DNA of 64,000 bases from Diplonema japonicum (Eukaryota; Protista; Euglenozoa: Diplonemea), in assembly GCA_964019335.1 (NCBI GenBank), contig OZ025665.1, forward strand, positions 434,001 through 498,000, written 5' to 3'. Below the pieces are notes generated by a model that was given only the letters and a program-made list of their open reading frames with translations, made no database searches and was not told the DNA's origin. Shown here piece after piece: positions 30,740 through 41,725 of the stretch. A program made the position numbers and the translations under genes. Position 1 is the first letter of the stretch, and each line of letters begins with the position of its first letter.

Positions 30740-32071
30740 TCACAATAACAGATAGTAGCAAAGAACAGGAGGTACAATAATGCAAACTGCGATAAGTGGG
30801 CGGTAGGTCAGCCAACAAAACCCGATGGTGAGCGGTGTGAGAATCGAGGCAATTGACAAAGACACAAGCCAAGTCCCGTAGCCGGCAAGAGTACCCAACG
30901 GCCCGATAATATCGAGAATGGCAGGGATGGGCGAGAGCATCATCGATGAGGACACCGCAAACAGAAAAAACCCGACAACGCGCAGAATCCACACAATACT
31001 CTGCGCCGTTCCATGTAGACCTTCTATCACACTGTCGGTACTGTGGCTCCCTGCCTGAATAACATCGATACAGTTTGACCCGCTTGTCAACATGTTTACC
31101 AAATGAGCTCCCACCCCACAACACGCGAAGGGATGACACAGATATGGCAGTTTATAAGCCCCGATCTCTCTTACCGTAAATGGTCTCAGCCTATTCTCAC
31201 TGACACCGCACAGCACTGTGAATGTATTGCTCTCCACGATTTCCCAATGGATCCTAACGTCCCCGATACTTGCATCCCCGGAATCCATGGTTCCATACCC
31301 GCTGTTTGGGCCTTTTCTGTATTCCCGTTTGTGGGTCTTCCAAGGTGATAATCTGGAAACCTGGCTTTGAGACAGCAGATATTGTTCGTTAAGGTAGAGG
31401 TCTCCAGTGAACTCCTGCGATTTAATCTGAACACCGTTCTCGTATGGGAAGTCAGGGTTTCCTGTTTCAGGGGTTCCTGGGGCGTTGCCGGATAGGTCGA
31501 TTCTGTTGGAAGACCATTCGCGTGTTAAGGAGTACGTTTGTGTAGTGGTTTCTCCCCCGCCGATGGTGTCTTTTTCCGTGACGGTGTCAACGTTTTCATT
31601 ATACTGATACATTTCGACCTCGCGACGAAGCCGAAGACAGCTAGTTGAAACCTTGAAGAGACTGTCTGTAAGGGTGATGTTATCAACATTTCCTACATTG
31701 TAGAAAATTGTGTTGTCGGGGTGTGCTTCTTCATCGCGTGATTTCTCAGCGTTGTGGATGAGCGTTTTTACTCTTTCGATGACCTTCAGCCTGTTTACGA
31801 AGACTCCTTCGTTGGCCATGAGGACCACGAAGGAGAAAAAGAAGAGGGTGATCCCAAACACGGCCGACATTAGTGAGCCGGCGATTTTCTGGAACCAGTT
31901 CGTTCTCGTCGTGACTATGCCGTTGTTGCCGCTTCTGGTATTGTAGTTTCTCTTTTCAACTGCGTTGATGTCCAGTTGCGTTCCGCTGGTTCCTTGTGTC
32001 ACCCTCCCTTCTACCTGTATCGTCATCACCCCTAGTAGAATCGCTGCTACAGTAAAAATTAAAATCTTCAT
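30740..32071 (-). CDS. TMEM43: TMEM43/LUMA-family membrane protein
   Basis: FGITLFFFSFVVLMANEG, LTDSLFKV..LRLRREVEMYQY, IGDVRI and WILRVVGF motifs, plus C-terminal TM helices. Likely ATG at 32071. Confidence 0.8.
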   Translation of the reverse strand: MKILIFTVAAILLGVMTIQVEGRVTQGTSGTQLDINAVEKRNYNTRSGNNGIVTTRTNWFQKIAGSLMSAVFGITLFFFSFVVLMANEGVFVNRLKVIERVKTLIHNAEKSRDEEAHPDNTIFYNVGNVDNITLTDSLFKVSTSCLRLRREVEMYQYNENVDTVTEKDTIGGGETTTQTYSLTREWSSNRIDLSGNAPGTPETGNPDFPYENGVQIKSQEFTGDLYLNEQYLLSQSQVSRLSPWKTHKREYRKGPNSGYGTMDSGDASIGDVRIHWEIVESNTFTVLCGVSENRLRPFTVREIGAYKLPYLCHPFACCGVGAHLVNMLTSGSNCIDVIQAGSHSTDSVIEGLHGTAQSIVWILRVVGFFLFAVSSSMMLSPIPAILDIIGPLGTLAGYGTWLVSLSIASILTPLTIGFCWLTYRPLIAVCIIVPPVLCYYLLL

Positions 32072-32735
32072 TTTTTTTTTGTTTTTGTGGTGTCTTTTTT
32101 TTTTTTTTTTTTCTCTTTTAGTGATTGGGGGAGACATTATTTTCTTTAAAAAAAAAATATGAAAAAAGAAAGGGGAGGGGAGAAAGAAAAAATAAAAAAA
32201 AAATAGAAAATGAAATAAAAAAAATAAAAGAATAAGGGGAGAGATAACAGAAGAAACATAGAAAGTGTTTTTTTTTTGACCGCTTTTGGGACAAAAAAAA
32301 GGGGGGGGAAGAGACTAGCCCTTTTTCTTTTTTTTTTTTTCAAAAACCTCGCAAAATATAGGATAACAGTATCATGCAAAGGTAGTAAGGAAAAAATAAA
32401 AGTGGCATTTTTTTTTTGTTTTTTGTTCTTCTCTCTCTTTCTATTTTCCTCTGTTGGTTTTCCCCCGAGATTTTTTATTTTTTTATATTTTTGCTCAATT
32501 TCGTGCTGAAGTCTAACAAAAAAAAAACCCCCCTTGAAAAGAGAAGAGCGTGACAACTAATATCATTACGCCATTCTTTTCTCTCCCTCCCTTCCCTGGA
32601 GCTTCATGTCCCCCCTTAAAAGGGGGAGGGGGAAATACACAAAGAGAAAACTTTTTTTTTTGCATATCTGACCGACACGCTTTAAAAAAAACTTTTCCGA
32701 GAAAAAAAGAAAAAAAAAAGAACCTTCCATTCTGC

Positions 32736-35700
32736 CTACGCCGCGTCAGAATCGCTGCTGAACACAAACTCAAGCGAATGCTGTTCATCTGAAGCCTCAC
32801 ATTTTGAATCGCAACCCTCGCCCTTGTTCTCGGCAGGAAGAGGTGTGGCAGAGTATGTAGGTGAGGCATATGTCTTATGCCGTTTGAAAGTACGGGATGA
32901 GCGGGTGTGACGACGATAGTCGAGTTCCTCCTCAGAAGGCTGCGCATCTACGTCCATCTCTTCTACTTCTTCTTCTTCTTCCTCCTCCTCCTCCTCCATC
33001 TGCTCCTCAACAGCGTCCAAGGAGCTTCTCAAAGAGTCATGCATGAGGACCGAATGTACAACCGACTTCCTGTTGTTGTAGATATGCTGCAACACAGAGT
33101 CCTTGGATGCGTGCCTCGACCAGTTGGTGGGTGGGATGGTGTCGAATGACTTCAGGTCCGTCCTCGACCACTTCTCCTCCAGCACCTGCATGGCCATTTG
33201 CATCTTAGCAGCTGTTCTTGCAAAGAGGGTCTGTTCAACTGTACCCTGCGCAACGAGTCGGTACACTGTGACAGGTTGTGTCTGGCCGTACCTGTATGTT
33301 CTGTAGATGGCTTGCAGGTCTGTTTGTGCATTCCACCCAACACTGTACAGAACGACCCTGCTGGCGCCTACAAGGTTGATACCCAGCCCACCGCTGCGTG
33401 TTGAGATGAGGAGCAAGCTTGACCGTGAGTTCGGGTTGTTGAAGTCGTCGCACATCATTTGCCGTTTTGGAAGCCCTAGAGTCCCGTCCAGCCTGTGGTA
33501 TTCCGTTCCCTTTCGCCACCCGCCTGTTACTTTCTTCGCTGCCTTCTTCATCATGCCACCATCTGTCCATTTCCTGTTTTCAGGTGGCTTCAGTTGTGAC
33601 AAGTACTTCTCCACCGTGTTGAGCATCGCCGCCGAGTCGCAGAACACGACGAGCTTCTCGCCCATCATCGTCACCTTCTCGATGATATCCAGCAGCACCT
33701 GCGTCTTCGGGTTGTGGCGCAACGCGTCGTCGTTGCCCTCATACCCGTCCTTGAACACGGGCAGTGCCCAGCTGAAGTTCTTCCCGTCCTTGTTGTAGAG
33801 CGCTCTTCCCTTCTTCATCTCCGTCACGTTGCTGTCCTCGATGTCGAATTTGTCGCCACTGGAACGCAGCTCACTGAGAGGAAGCACACCCTTAGACATG
33901 CAGTAGTCTCTGATGAGGTGCGTGTGCGAGCACAGCTTCGACATGATCGCGCCCATGGCCAGGGCACGGGTTGTCTTCACCCTGGCTTCCTTGTCGCCGC
34001 CTTGTGAAGTCATTAGCTCGGTGTACACGAGACGCTGCAAAGGCGACGACTTAGTGTACAGAATGTACTCCGTGAGGGGAGGGAGCTCGTCGCGGAGGAG
34101 TCTGCAGTCGAAGCGTTGGATGAAGCCTGTCATGGCATACGCCAGCTCGCTCCTTGCGGACGCATCTGTCGAGGCACGTGTGTACATGTCAGTGAGCTCG
34201 CTTATGTCCCACGAGTCTGGGCGCACGAAGTTGATCATGGTGTGGTACTGCCGCATGTTGTTCTGCATAGGTGTGCCTGTCAGCACAACGCGATTCAGCG
34301 TTTCTAGCAGGTGTAGGTTCCGAGTAAGGGCAGAGTTTGGTGATGAGATCTTGTGCCCTTCGTCGATGAAGACAAGCTCTGTCGACTCGCACAGGATCTT
34401 GCTGACGTCCGCCAAGCCATCCTTAATGTTCTTCTTCAGCGAGTCTTGTGCTGCCTTCTCCACTTCTGCCTGCTCCTCCGCCTCGTCGTCATTCGCGTAC
34501 TGCGACGCCCTGATCACGGCCTTCACGTCCTCGTCTTTCTCGTCGTCGGCACCCTTCGACCTCCTGCCACGGGGGGACGCATTCCCGTCGCCACCAGCAG
34601 CCACAAACCTCACAAACATCGCGTACGACATTATCAAAACGCCTCCCTCCTTCGACCATTCCCGCACGTCATTCGCGTGCTTCGTGCCTTCGATCACATA
34701 CAATGTAGGCGTTTCATGCTTTGTCACGGAGCACCAATCCACGAACTCCCTGCTCCATTGTCTTAGAGTACTCTTCGGTGCCACGATCAAGGCCCTGCTT
34801 CCCTTCCCAAGCCTCATCCACATCAAGATGAACGCTATGCTGGTCAAGGTCTTGCCCAAACCCATTCCGTGTGCGACAATGCACCCACCAGCGAATTTCT
34901 CCTCCTCGCGGACCACCTCAGGCAGAGCTACGAGGTTCTTCCAAAGGAACTGCACGCCTTGTATCTGGTGCTTCTTGAGGACTTCGGAGAGGTTCTGCGG
35001 GAGCACGAGGATGGTCTCCTCTGACCTTCCAAGAAGTCGGTCGGAGATGCCTGCTGTTGCGTCTTTGAGCTCACGGCTTACGAAGTTGTTAAGCTTTGAG
35101 CTATCCACCTTAAAGGTGTCGCCCATGTGGGGGCTTTCGGTGGTGTGGACGTTGCCCTCCTCTGTCACAGAGCGCTCGACGCCGTCTATCAGATCACGAG
35201 TCACGGCGTCACTGTCGTGCGTTCACGGTGGTGGGATGGCATACCTTTTGTCCAAATCCTCAAAGAGCTTGGCACGTGCGGCTCTCAATCTTGCGCGTCC
35301 CTGCAGGCTTGCGTCCACTTTATGTGCATACCTCCATCTTCGTGTTTTTGTCTCTGACAGTTCTGAGTCTCCCATTTTCTTCCAGCAACCTTGCCTCTTC
35401 GTCTACCTGGTTAGGGTTCAGCAGCGCCAGCTCTGGGTGCTTTTTAATGAGCATCGCCTTCTCTTCGACGGCCCGTTTCTCGTACTTCTCCTTCTCGGAC
35501 ACCGACAGGTTCCGCCACGTTTTGATGAGGAAGTGCCGTGTCGCGTCCTTGCCCTGCCCCTTCAGCTCTTGTATCTTGTCGGCACACAGCAGGTCGAAGG
35601 CAGAACGCATTGTGGGAAGCCCGTTGGCGCCCTTCCTGGAAGGCATCACAGTTGACTTGTTGGTACGTCTGACGGTCAGCTTTCCAGTAGAGGTGCGGGC

Positions 35701-36882
35701 TGGGGACTTCTTCGGCTTGGTTTTAGGGTTATTGACCAAGGAGGGTTTGGGCTGGACAGAGGCGGTGAGGTCTGGTGGCGGTTTGGGGTTGTCGTTGAGG
35801 AGCTCGTTGGCGAGTTTGGAGAAGCGCTTCTCCTTCTCGGTGGTGGGGGGGTCGTTCGTCAGCATGATGTAGTCGTTGGGAGGGGTGGTGTGCACCTCGC
35901 ACTTTTCAGGTTCAGGTTCAGGTTCAGGCTCAGGCTCAGGCTCAGGCCGCTTCCGAGTAGCTTGCTTGGGGGTAGACAACGGCTGGTCGTCTTTGATGTA
36001 GGCCTGGCGTGACGGGTCATCAATGCCTTCATGCGCAGGCAGCAGCATTCTTCTCCGCGCAGGCGTCCCCTCCACCTTCCGCTTTTTATTAGGCGACGCT
36101 GGAACAACAAGCTCGTCTTCTGTTTTCAATTGCACGGGAGCCGCATATGCAAGGGGAGGAGGCTGCACGGGAGGGATCTGCGGGGCTTCGGTTATCGTGA
36201 TTAAATCTTCACTGAACAACCCAGATGAGTCGATGGTCCCCGTCCCCGGTGGGGTGGGCATGGGGAGGGAAAGAGACGGCTGTTGTTTGGCTGACTTCTC
36301 CGCTTCCTTTAGAAGTTCAAGCTGCCCCTCCATCGACCTATTCGACACCTGGCTGTATATAGCAATCTGATCGGAGGTAAGAGGCTGCATTGCCACCTTT
36401 CCGCCATGCTCAGTGATGTCCACAGGAAGCCCGGTGTAGAAGAGATATGCAACGGGGGGTTGGTCTTCTCGTTCTTCGGCAAGTTTTTCGCCAGGGCTGA
36501 GTTTGCCACCGCCGCCGAAGCACAGCTTGTCGCCCTTTCGGAAAGGGTTGTCATCACCTACCACCTTGACCCAGTTGACGAACGTTCCGTTCGTTGCCTT
36601 GTTGTCACTGATGGAATACTCATAGCTACCATTTGCTGTTTTCTTCCGACAGATCCTACAGTGGACTCGGGATATGCTATGCACAGCTGCCGCCACGTTT
36701 CTGTCGCCATCCGATTTTACTTCTCCCTCCGGGAGCCTTAGTTCGCAGTCTTTGCTCCTCCCTATCGCCAGAACATCTTTTTTGTGCTGCTCGAACTTCG
36801 CAGAAAGATCAACCACTCTTGGATAAACATGCTGGGGAGACCCCTTCTTCACCAGCAATAGCTGCGCGGTCGATTCCTCCAT
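32736..36882 (-). CDS. FHA - HMG-box - SNF2 (ATRX/ARIP4-like) ATPase; 3 exons (36882-35332, 35300-35245, 35211-32736)
   Basis: FHA (IGR..SISRVHC..ATNGTFVN), HMG box (MRSAFDLL..WRNLSVSEKEKYE) and SNF2 motifs AHGMGLGKT, DEGH, LTGTPMQNN, RLDG, QAIYRTYRYGQ. Two GTATGC..CAG introns of 31 and 33 nt join the frames exactly. Confidence 0.85.
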
Positions 36883-37411
36883 TTTGGGCAAAGAATCTTT
36901 TAAAAAAAAAGAATTATAGAGTTGCCTGTGCTTCTTGAAAAAGGCATTTTTATTTTATTTTTTATTTTAAAGTTGCACCTCTTGAAAGAAAGAGAAGAAG
37001 AAGAAAAAAACAAAGAGCGAAAGGAAAGAGAACTAACTTTGTCGAAAAGAAAAAGAGCCAAAAAAGAAGAACAAAGAAGAACAAAAAGGAGCTGGGGGGG
37101 AATAACTGCATGCATTTTTGTTGAGACGGAACACAAACAAAAAAGCAGGGGGGGAGTACTATTGTGGTTTTTTTTTCCCCACCACTTTCGACATCGTTTT
37201 CCTCTCTCTCTCCTTCCCCCCCCCCCTTTTTTTTACCTGCCAAAAAAAAAAAACTCTGTTCCGTCTCGCATCGCCTTAATTAACATGGCTCATCAATGAA
37301 GTGAAATGGAAATACAAAAAAAAAAAAAAAAAAATCAACCCAACATCTCCTGCCTTTCCAGGGGGTGTGAAGTAGGGGGTCAGTTTTCCCCCCCCTCCTC
37401 CTCAAAATCTT

Positions 37412-38719
37412 TTACATCACAACGCAAGCGGAGGACTGGTCGGTGTTCTTGACAACTACACGAGAAGGAGAAATCTCAGGCAACGGCGTCCCGACGACAA
37501 ACGAAGCACGCACCGGCCGATGGTCGCTATGACGCATGGTCTGAATGCTAGTGTACTCGAAGGGTGATATAACAAGCGTTTCAGCAGGCGCGCACCGTTT
37601 CTCCATCATGCCGGGGTGCTGGCGGTATAGAACCCTGTCTGTCCAAGATGGAATCCGCATCTTAGCTGTTTCATAGGTGTCTGATTGGGGCGCAAATTTA
37701 TACGTAGGCAGAAACTTGACCTGCGGCTCGTTAAATCCTTTGAAAACCTTTTCCCGCCTCATTTCAAGCAGAAGCTGGTCATTTGCCAGCAGCATATTAC
37801 GTATTTCCGGATCGGTGCTGTCGAGTAGCCCTTCAACAGCAGTCCTCGTCCCGTTCACACGGTAGTTGAAATCGCCCATAAAAAACACACAGTCGTACTC
37901 GTCAGTAACATCACGGATGGGCTTCTCGTCAGGGCTGAGAATCTTATAAACAGCCTTCCCTTTTGTCCCAAGCTTGATATCTTCGGTGATGGTTTTATAG
38001 TCGTGATTTCTCTCTGAAACCGCGTGTTGGTGGGCTTCGAAATGTCCTGAAAGGAATAAGAACGTAGTGCTGTGTGAAGACGCTGGGGGGCCCAATATGA
38101 ACCCGACACCAACACCGCCTTTATTTCCCAAAGATCCGCCAAACGCGCCTGTTGTCACCGACGCTGTTTCCACAGTTTTTTCGTTGATATGGCACGCCAC
38201 ATCTGCACGGACAAAAACCGCCACGTGAATTGCTACGAGCGTCTCAAACCCTATTTTCACGTACCGCTTTCCCAGGGTTTCTTGTATAGAGTCTTCCCAG
38301 TCTTGCTTGTCCGACACTAGGAAGGATCGCTGTATGCTTCGCAAGCATTCTTGGCTGCCGATTGCGTATATATGGTAAGCGCTGGGTGTGATGAATTCGT
38401 GTAGATCTTTAGGAGCGCTGCAGCCTTCCATGTTCCACGTCCCGCAGAATATGTGTAGAGGGTCGCCCACGGTCCACTTGTCGTCTCTTATCTTTTTCGG
38501 TGTTGTTTCAGCGAGGGGTTTTACGTGGGGTGCGTTGTAGTAGCCGTGTTGTGTGTCGAGGGTCTTCTCGTAGGCCTCGTCTTTCGCGCTGATCTTTTGT
38601 TGTATTTCCTCGGGGCTTAGCCCGGTCACCTCCTCTGCTGCCGCTTCCGTTTCATTCGCATTTTCTATCCCGTCCATGGTTTCTGCTTCGGGTGCGGCTT
38701 TTGTTGCGCCCGACCCCAT
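37412..38719 (-). CDS. inositol polyphosphate 5-phosphatase (INPP5E-like)
   Basis: TWNM, GSQEC, GNKGGV, MGDFNYR, PTYKF, RIPSWTDRVLY and SDHRPV motifs. Starts MGSGAT and ends in CaaX CVVM. Confidence 0.92.
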   Translation of the reverse strand: MGSGATKAAPEAETMDGIENANETEAAAEEVTGLSPEEIQQKISAKDEAYEKTLDTQHGYYNAPHVKPLAETTPKKIRDDKWTVGDPLHIFCGTWNMEGCSAPKDLHEFITPSAYHIYAIGSQECLRSIQRSFLVSDKQDWEDSIQETLGKRYVKIGFETLVAIHVAVFVRADVACHINEKTVETASVTTGAFGGSLGNKGGVGVGFILGPPASSHSTTFLFLSGHFEAHQHAVSERNHDYKTITEDIKLGTKGKAVYKILSPDEKPIRDVTDEYDCVFFMGDFNYRVNGTRTAVEGLLDSTDPEIRNMLLANDQLLLEMRREKVFKGFNEPQVKFLPTYKFAPQSDTYETAKMRIPSWTDRVLYRQHPGMMEKRCAPAETLVISPFEYTSIQTMRHSDHRPVRASFVVGTPLPEISPSRVVVKNTDQSSACVVM

Positions 38720-38742
38720 AACCCTGGGGATGGGATTTAGAA

Positions 38743-38799
<57 letters not shown>

Positions 38800-38998
38800 G
38801 GTGACTATGGAAGCTCAGGAAACCAACTCCAACAGGAGAAGACTGGAAGTGCAACGGTTGGGGAAAGGAAGTGAACACTGCAGAAGCAGGGACAGACCAG
38901 CAAGAAAAAGAGAGGAATAAAAAAAAAAAAAAAAAAAAGAAAAACACACTCACTTCAACTCTTTTAACATTGCAAAAAGGGAACACACAAAAAAAAAA

Positions 38999-39036
38999 AC
39001 TCAAAGTGCAGGACCCCCCCTCATGGAGGGCCGCCC
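38999..39036. repeat. ~40-nt hairpin-containing direct repeat, copy 1
   Basis: ACTCAAAGTGCAGGAC..CCCCTCATGGAGGGCCGCCC recurs at 40011-40050. Confidence 0.85.
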
Positions 39037-39067
39037 AAAAAAAAAAAAAAAAAGTACTCACACACAA

Positions 39068-39846
39068 CTAAACCACCTTCTTCTCACGGAGGAAATTTTT
39101 CAAATGGTTGTATTCCAAGTAAAACACAACCGACCTGTAAATAAAAGTATTTTTTTTTTAATAAATTCTTTTTCTTCTTCTTCTTCAATTTCATACACTA
39201 CTGCACATGTCAGAACGGACAGCGACACCACCCGGCTGAAGGTATTCTCGGATTGCACCTTGAACCGATTTTGACGAATCTTTTTTTTTTTTTCTCCTTT
39301 TTTTTTTTTTGGATTTCTTCATACCACCATGGCCTGTGCCTCTGTCTTCAGGTCGTGGATCTCAATGAGCACTTCAGACAGATATGCGGCCGATCGTTCC
39401 AGATCCTCAGCAACAAGCTGTTCTTCTTCTTTCTCGACGTTGAGTGTGGCAGCAATCAGCGGCTTTGTTCCCTTCTGCTGGTCTACAAGTCTATGCTTCT
39501 CCGACTTGTCAATCTTAACCTGCAGTGTAGGGTTTTGCCCCATCAAGGGAGCACCATCATCCTTGAACGTGGTGGCGCAGACCTCGTAGGGGCCGTCTCT
39601 GTCCTGCAGTGTGAGGAACTCAAAAGCACCGTACTTGTCCTTCCTTAGAATGTCTAATATCACTGTTTTGAAATGCCTCACTTCCCACCTAAGGTTGGCG
39701 CTTGTGCTGTTATACCTCACCGTTACAGCATCGATCACAGGGCCGACCTCTTCCACGAAGCACTTCTCCTCCCCCTCCGACAGCCTGGTGTAGAACCCCT
39801 CGCATACCACAGCTAGAAGCAATATTCTGAATGCTGTTTTTATCAT
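39068..39846 (-). CDS. p24/emp24/TMED cargo receptor (GOLD); introns 39280-39324, 39135-39196
   Basis: Signal peptide and LSEGEEKCFVEEV. Splicing restores RQNRFKVQSENTFSRVV, a TM helix and the HLKNFLREKKVV* dilysine signal. Confidence 0.9.
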
Positions 39847-40010
39847 TATCTTTTTTTTTTTTTTTCTCCTTCTCTCTTTACCGTCAGCCGCCTCACTCCC
39901 CCCCTCCCTCACCTCCTTCCTTTATTTTTTTTTTATATTTTAACGAGAAGATAAACAAAAAGGAAAAACAACAGAGAGAAAAATAAGTTCAAGACAAGGG
40001 GAAAAAAAAA

Positions 40011-40050
40011 ACTCAAAGTGCAGGACAAACCCCCTCATGGAGGGCCGCCC
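40011..40050. repeat. ~40-nt hairpin-containing direct repeat, copy 2
   Basis: Matches 38999-39036. Confidence 0.85.
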
Positions 40051-40166
40051 TTGGGTGGGAGGCTGTTTCCCATTTTCTTTTTTTTTATACCCCTCCCCCC
40101 ATTCTTCGAGGCAATATGGGGTTAGATATCATTCCGTATAGGGGAGAGGGAGGGGTATATATATAA

Positions 40167-40204
<38 letters not shown>

Positions 40205-40249
40205 GAAAAAAAAAGAAAAAAAAGAAAAAAAAGAAAAAAAAGAAAAAAA

Positions 40250-40283
40250 GAGACATTTAAGGGTACCTGCGGTATGTGGCAGG
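40250..40283. repeat. dispersed 34-nt element with adjacent A-tract, copy 2
   Basis: Identical to 5089-5122. Confidence 0.9.
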
Positions 40284-40297
40284 GCCTAAAAAAAAGA

Positions 40298-41305
40298 TCA
40301 CGATCCTTTCCCCAAGATGTTCTTCAGTTTTCTTTTTTCCTCCCCGGCTTTGCACCATTGGGCTGCTGCGTCTGGAGTGCTGAGCTGGATATTCTCCGCC
40401 CTGGGGTGCCCACGATGCTCATCTATAGATACTTGAAAATCAACGACTCGCCACAAGACTGAGTTAGCTTTGACACCATCATTTCTGTCAGGTATTTCCT
40501 CCTTGTTCTCTCTAATGTCTTCCAACAGCGACGGGGCCAAGCTATTATCGATAAACACGTCCCGATGAAAGATCGCATGCGTTTCAGGACATTCAATGAA
40601 GCCTGTCATTGTACACTCTGAGTACAGCTTGATACGCCCTCTGAAGAGCTTATCAGTGTCGACAGTCCTTCGACAAACAATCTCCCAGTGGGTGTTCACG
40701 CTACGCGGTGCCTTGTGGAACGCAACCCGAGAGGAGAAGAAGGAACCTCCACTTGGTAAACATGTCAGAAAGCCATGTACAGGATGTTCCACTGTGACCC
40801 CTTCGGGTATTTTAGTTATGATGAGCTTGTCGCTCTCTTCAATGGACTCCGAGAGGGTGAGATGCATTGATAAAGCGTCTTTCTTAGCACCTGGTACGAT
40901 GTATTTTGCAGTTTCAGCATCGCGAATGGTGCCGTCGTGTACTCTCCATTCTGAGTTCGCGTTGACGTACTCGTGTGTGCGTAAGGGTTCATCGGTGTCG
41001 TCTGGTTGCTGCAGGTACCTTACCCTGCCGTCTCCTTCGGGGAGCGGCAGGCGTTTCATTTTCAGCATGACGATTTCGTTTTTGTCGCCCGTCCATAGTT
41101 CTGAGCTCGCGGGCATGGTGGTGTCGGTGTCCCATCCGGATTCGATTCTTTGGTTTATCTCTGTCAGGTCCGATCCGCTTTTCTCCACTTTCTGTCGGTG
41201 TTTCTTGCCCTTCTTGTGCTTCATCCAGTCGTCCCACGGCATGTCGCTTTCGCACGCGACGCACGTTACCTTCCTTTTTGAACCGCAGGTTGTTTCAACT
41301 TTCAT
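40298..41305 (-). CDS. U1-type zinc finger + cold-shock/OB-like domain protein
   Basis: CVAC..WMKHKKGKKH at the N-terminus. FRGRIK..GFIEC..RDVF..VDFQV..GHPRAENI at the C-terminus. Confidence 0.7.
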   Translation of the reverse strand: MKVETTCGSKRKVTCVACESDMPWDDWMKHKKGKKHRQKVEKSGSDLTEINQRIESGWDTDTTMPASSELWTGDKNEIVMLKMKRLPLPEGDGRVRYLQQPDDTDEPLRTHEYVNANSEWRVHDGTIRDAETAKYIVPGAKKDALSMHLTLSESIEESDKLIITKIPEGVTVEHPVHGFLTCLPSGGSFFSSRVAFHKAPRSVNTHWEIVCRRTVDTDKLFRGRIKLYSECTMTGFIECPETHAIFHRDVFIDNSLAPSLLEDIRENKEEIPDRNDGVKANSVLWRVVDFQVSIDEHRGHPRAENIQLSTPDAAAQWCKAGEEKRKLKNILGKGS

Positions 41306-41725
41306 TTTTTTTTTTTTTTTTTTTTTTTGTGTATGTGTTTCTTTTTATTCGTTTTTATATTGAAACGCGGTATGAGAGACTTCTGGGAAGGTCAAAGGAG
41401 TAGATGGACAATGTGTATCGGTTCACAGAGCTGATGAACCTCTTGGTAATCAGAAACAGGGTGCATTACGAGGGAGTGGGATGAAATGGCACTGCTGAGG
41501 ACAGTCGGAACAAATGTACACAAAAAAATGTAAGATTTGGGAACGGGGGAAAAGAAATATGGGGGGGGAGGAAAGGAAAAAGAAATTTTTTACATTGGGT
41601 CCCCCCCTCCCCCCCCTCTTGTGAAACCCCATTCTTCGGAAATTTCTTTCGCAATTAACAAAGGAAAACAAAAAAGGAAAAAAAGAAGAAAAGACCCCCC
41701 CCCCCCCTCCTTCCACCCTACCACT

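Noticed and set aside
33913-35655. 580-aa plus-strand ORF (also 54335-55813, 60605-61804 and others)
   Set aside because: These are antisense shadows of GC3-rich genes with no motifs.
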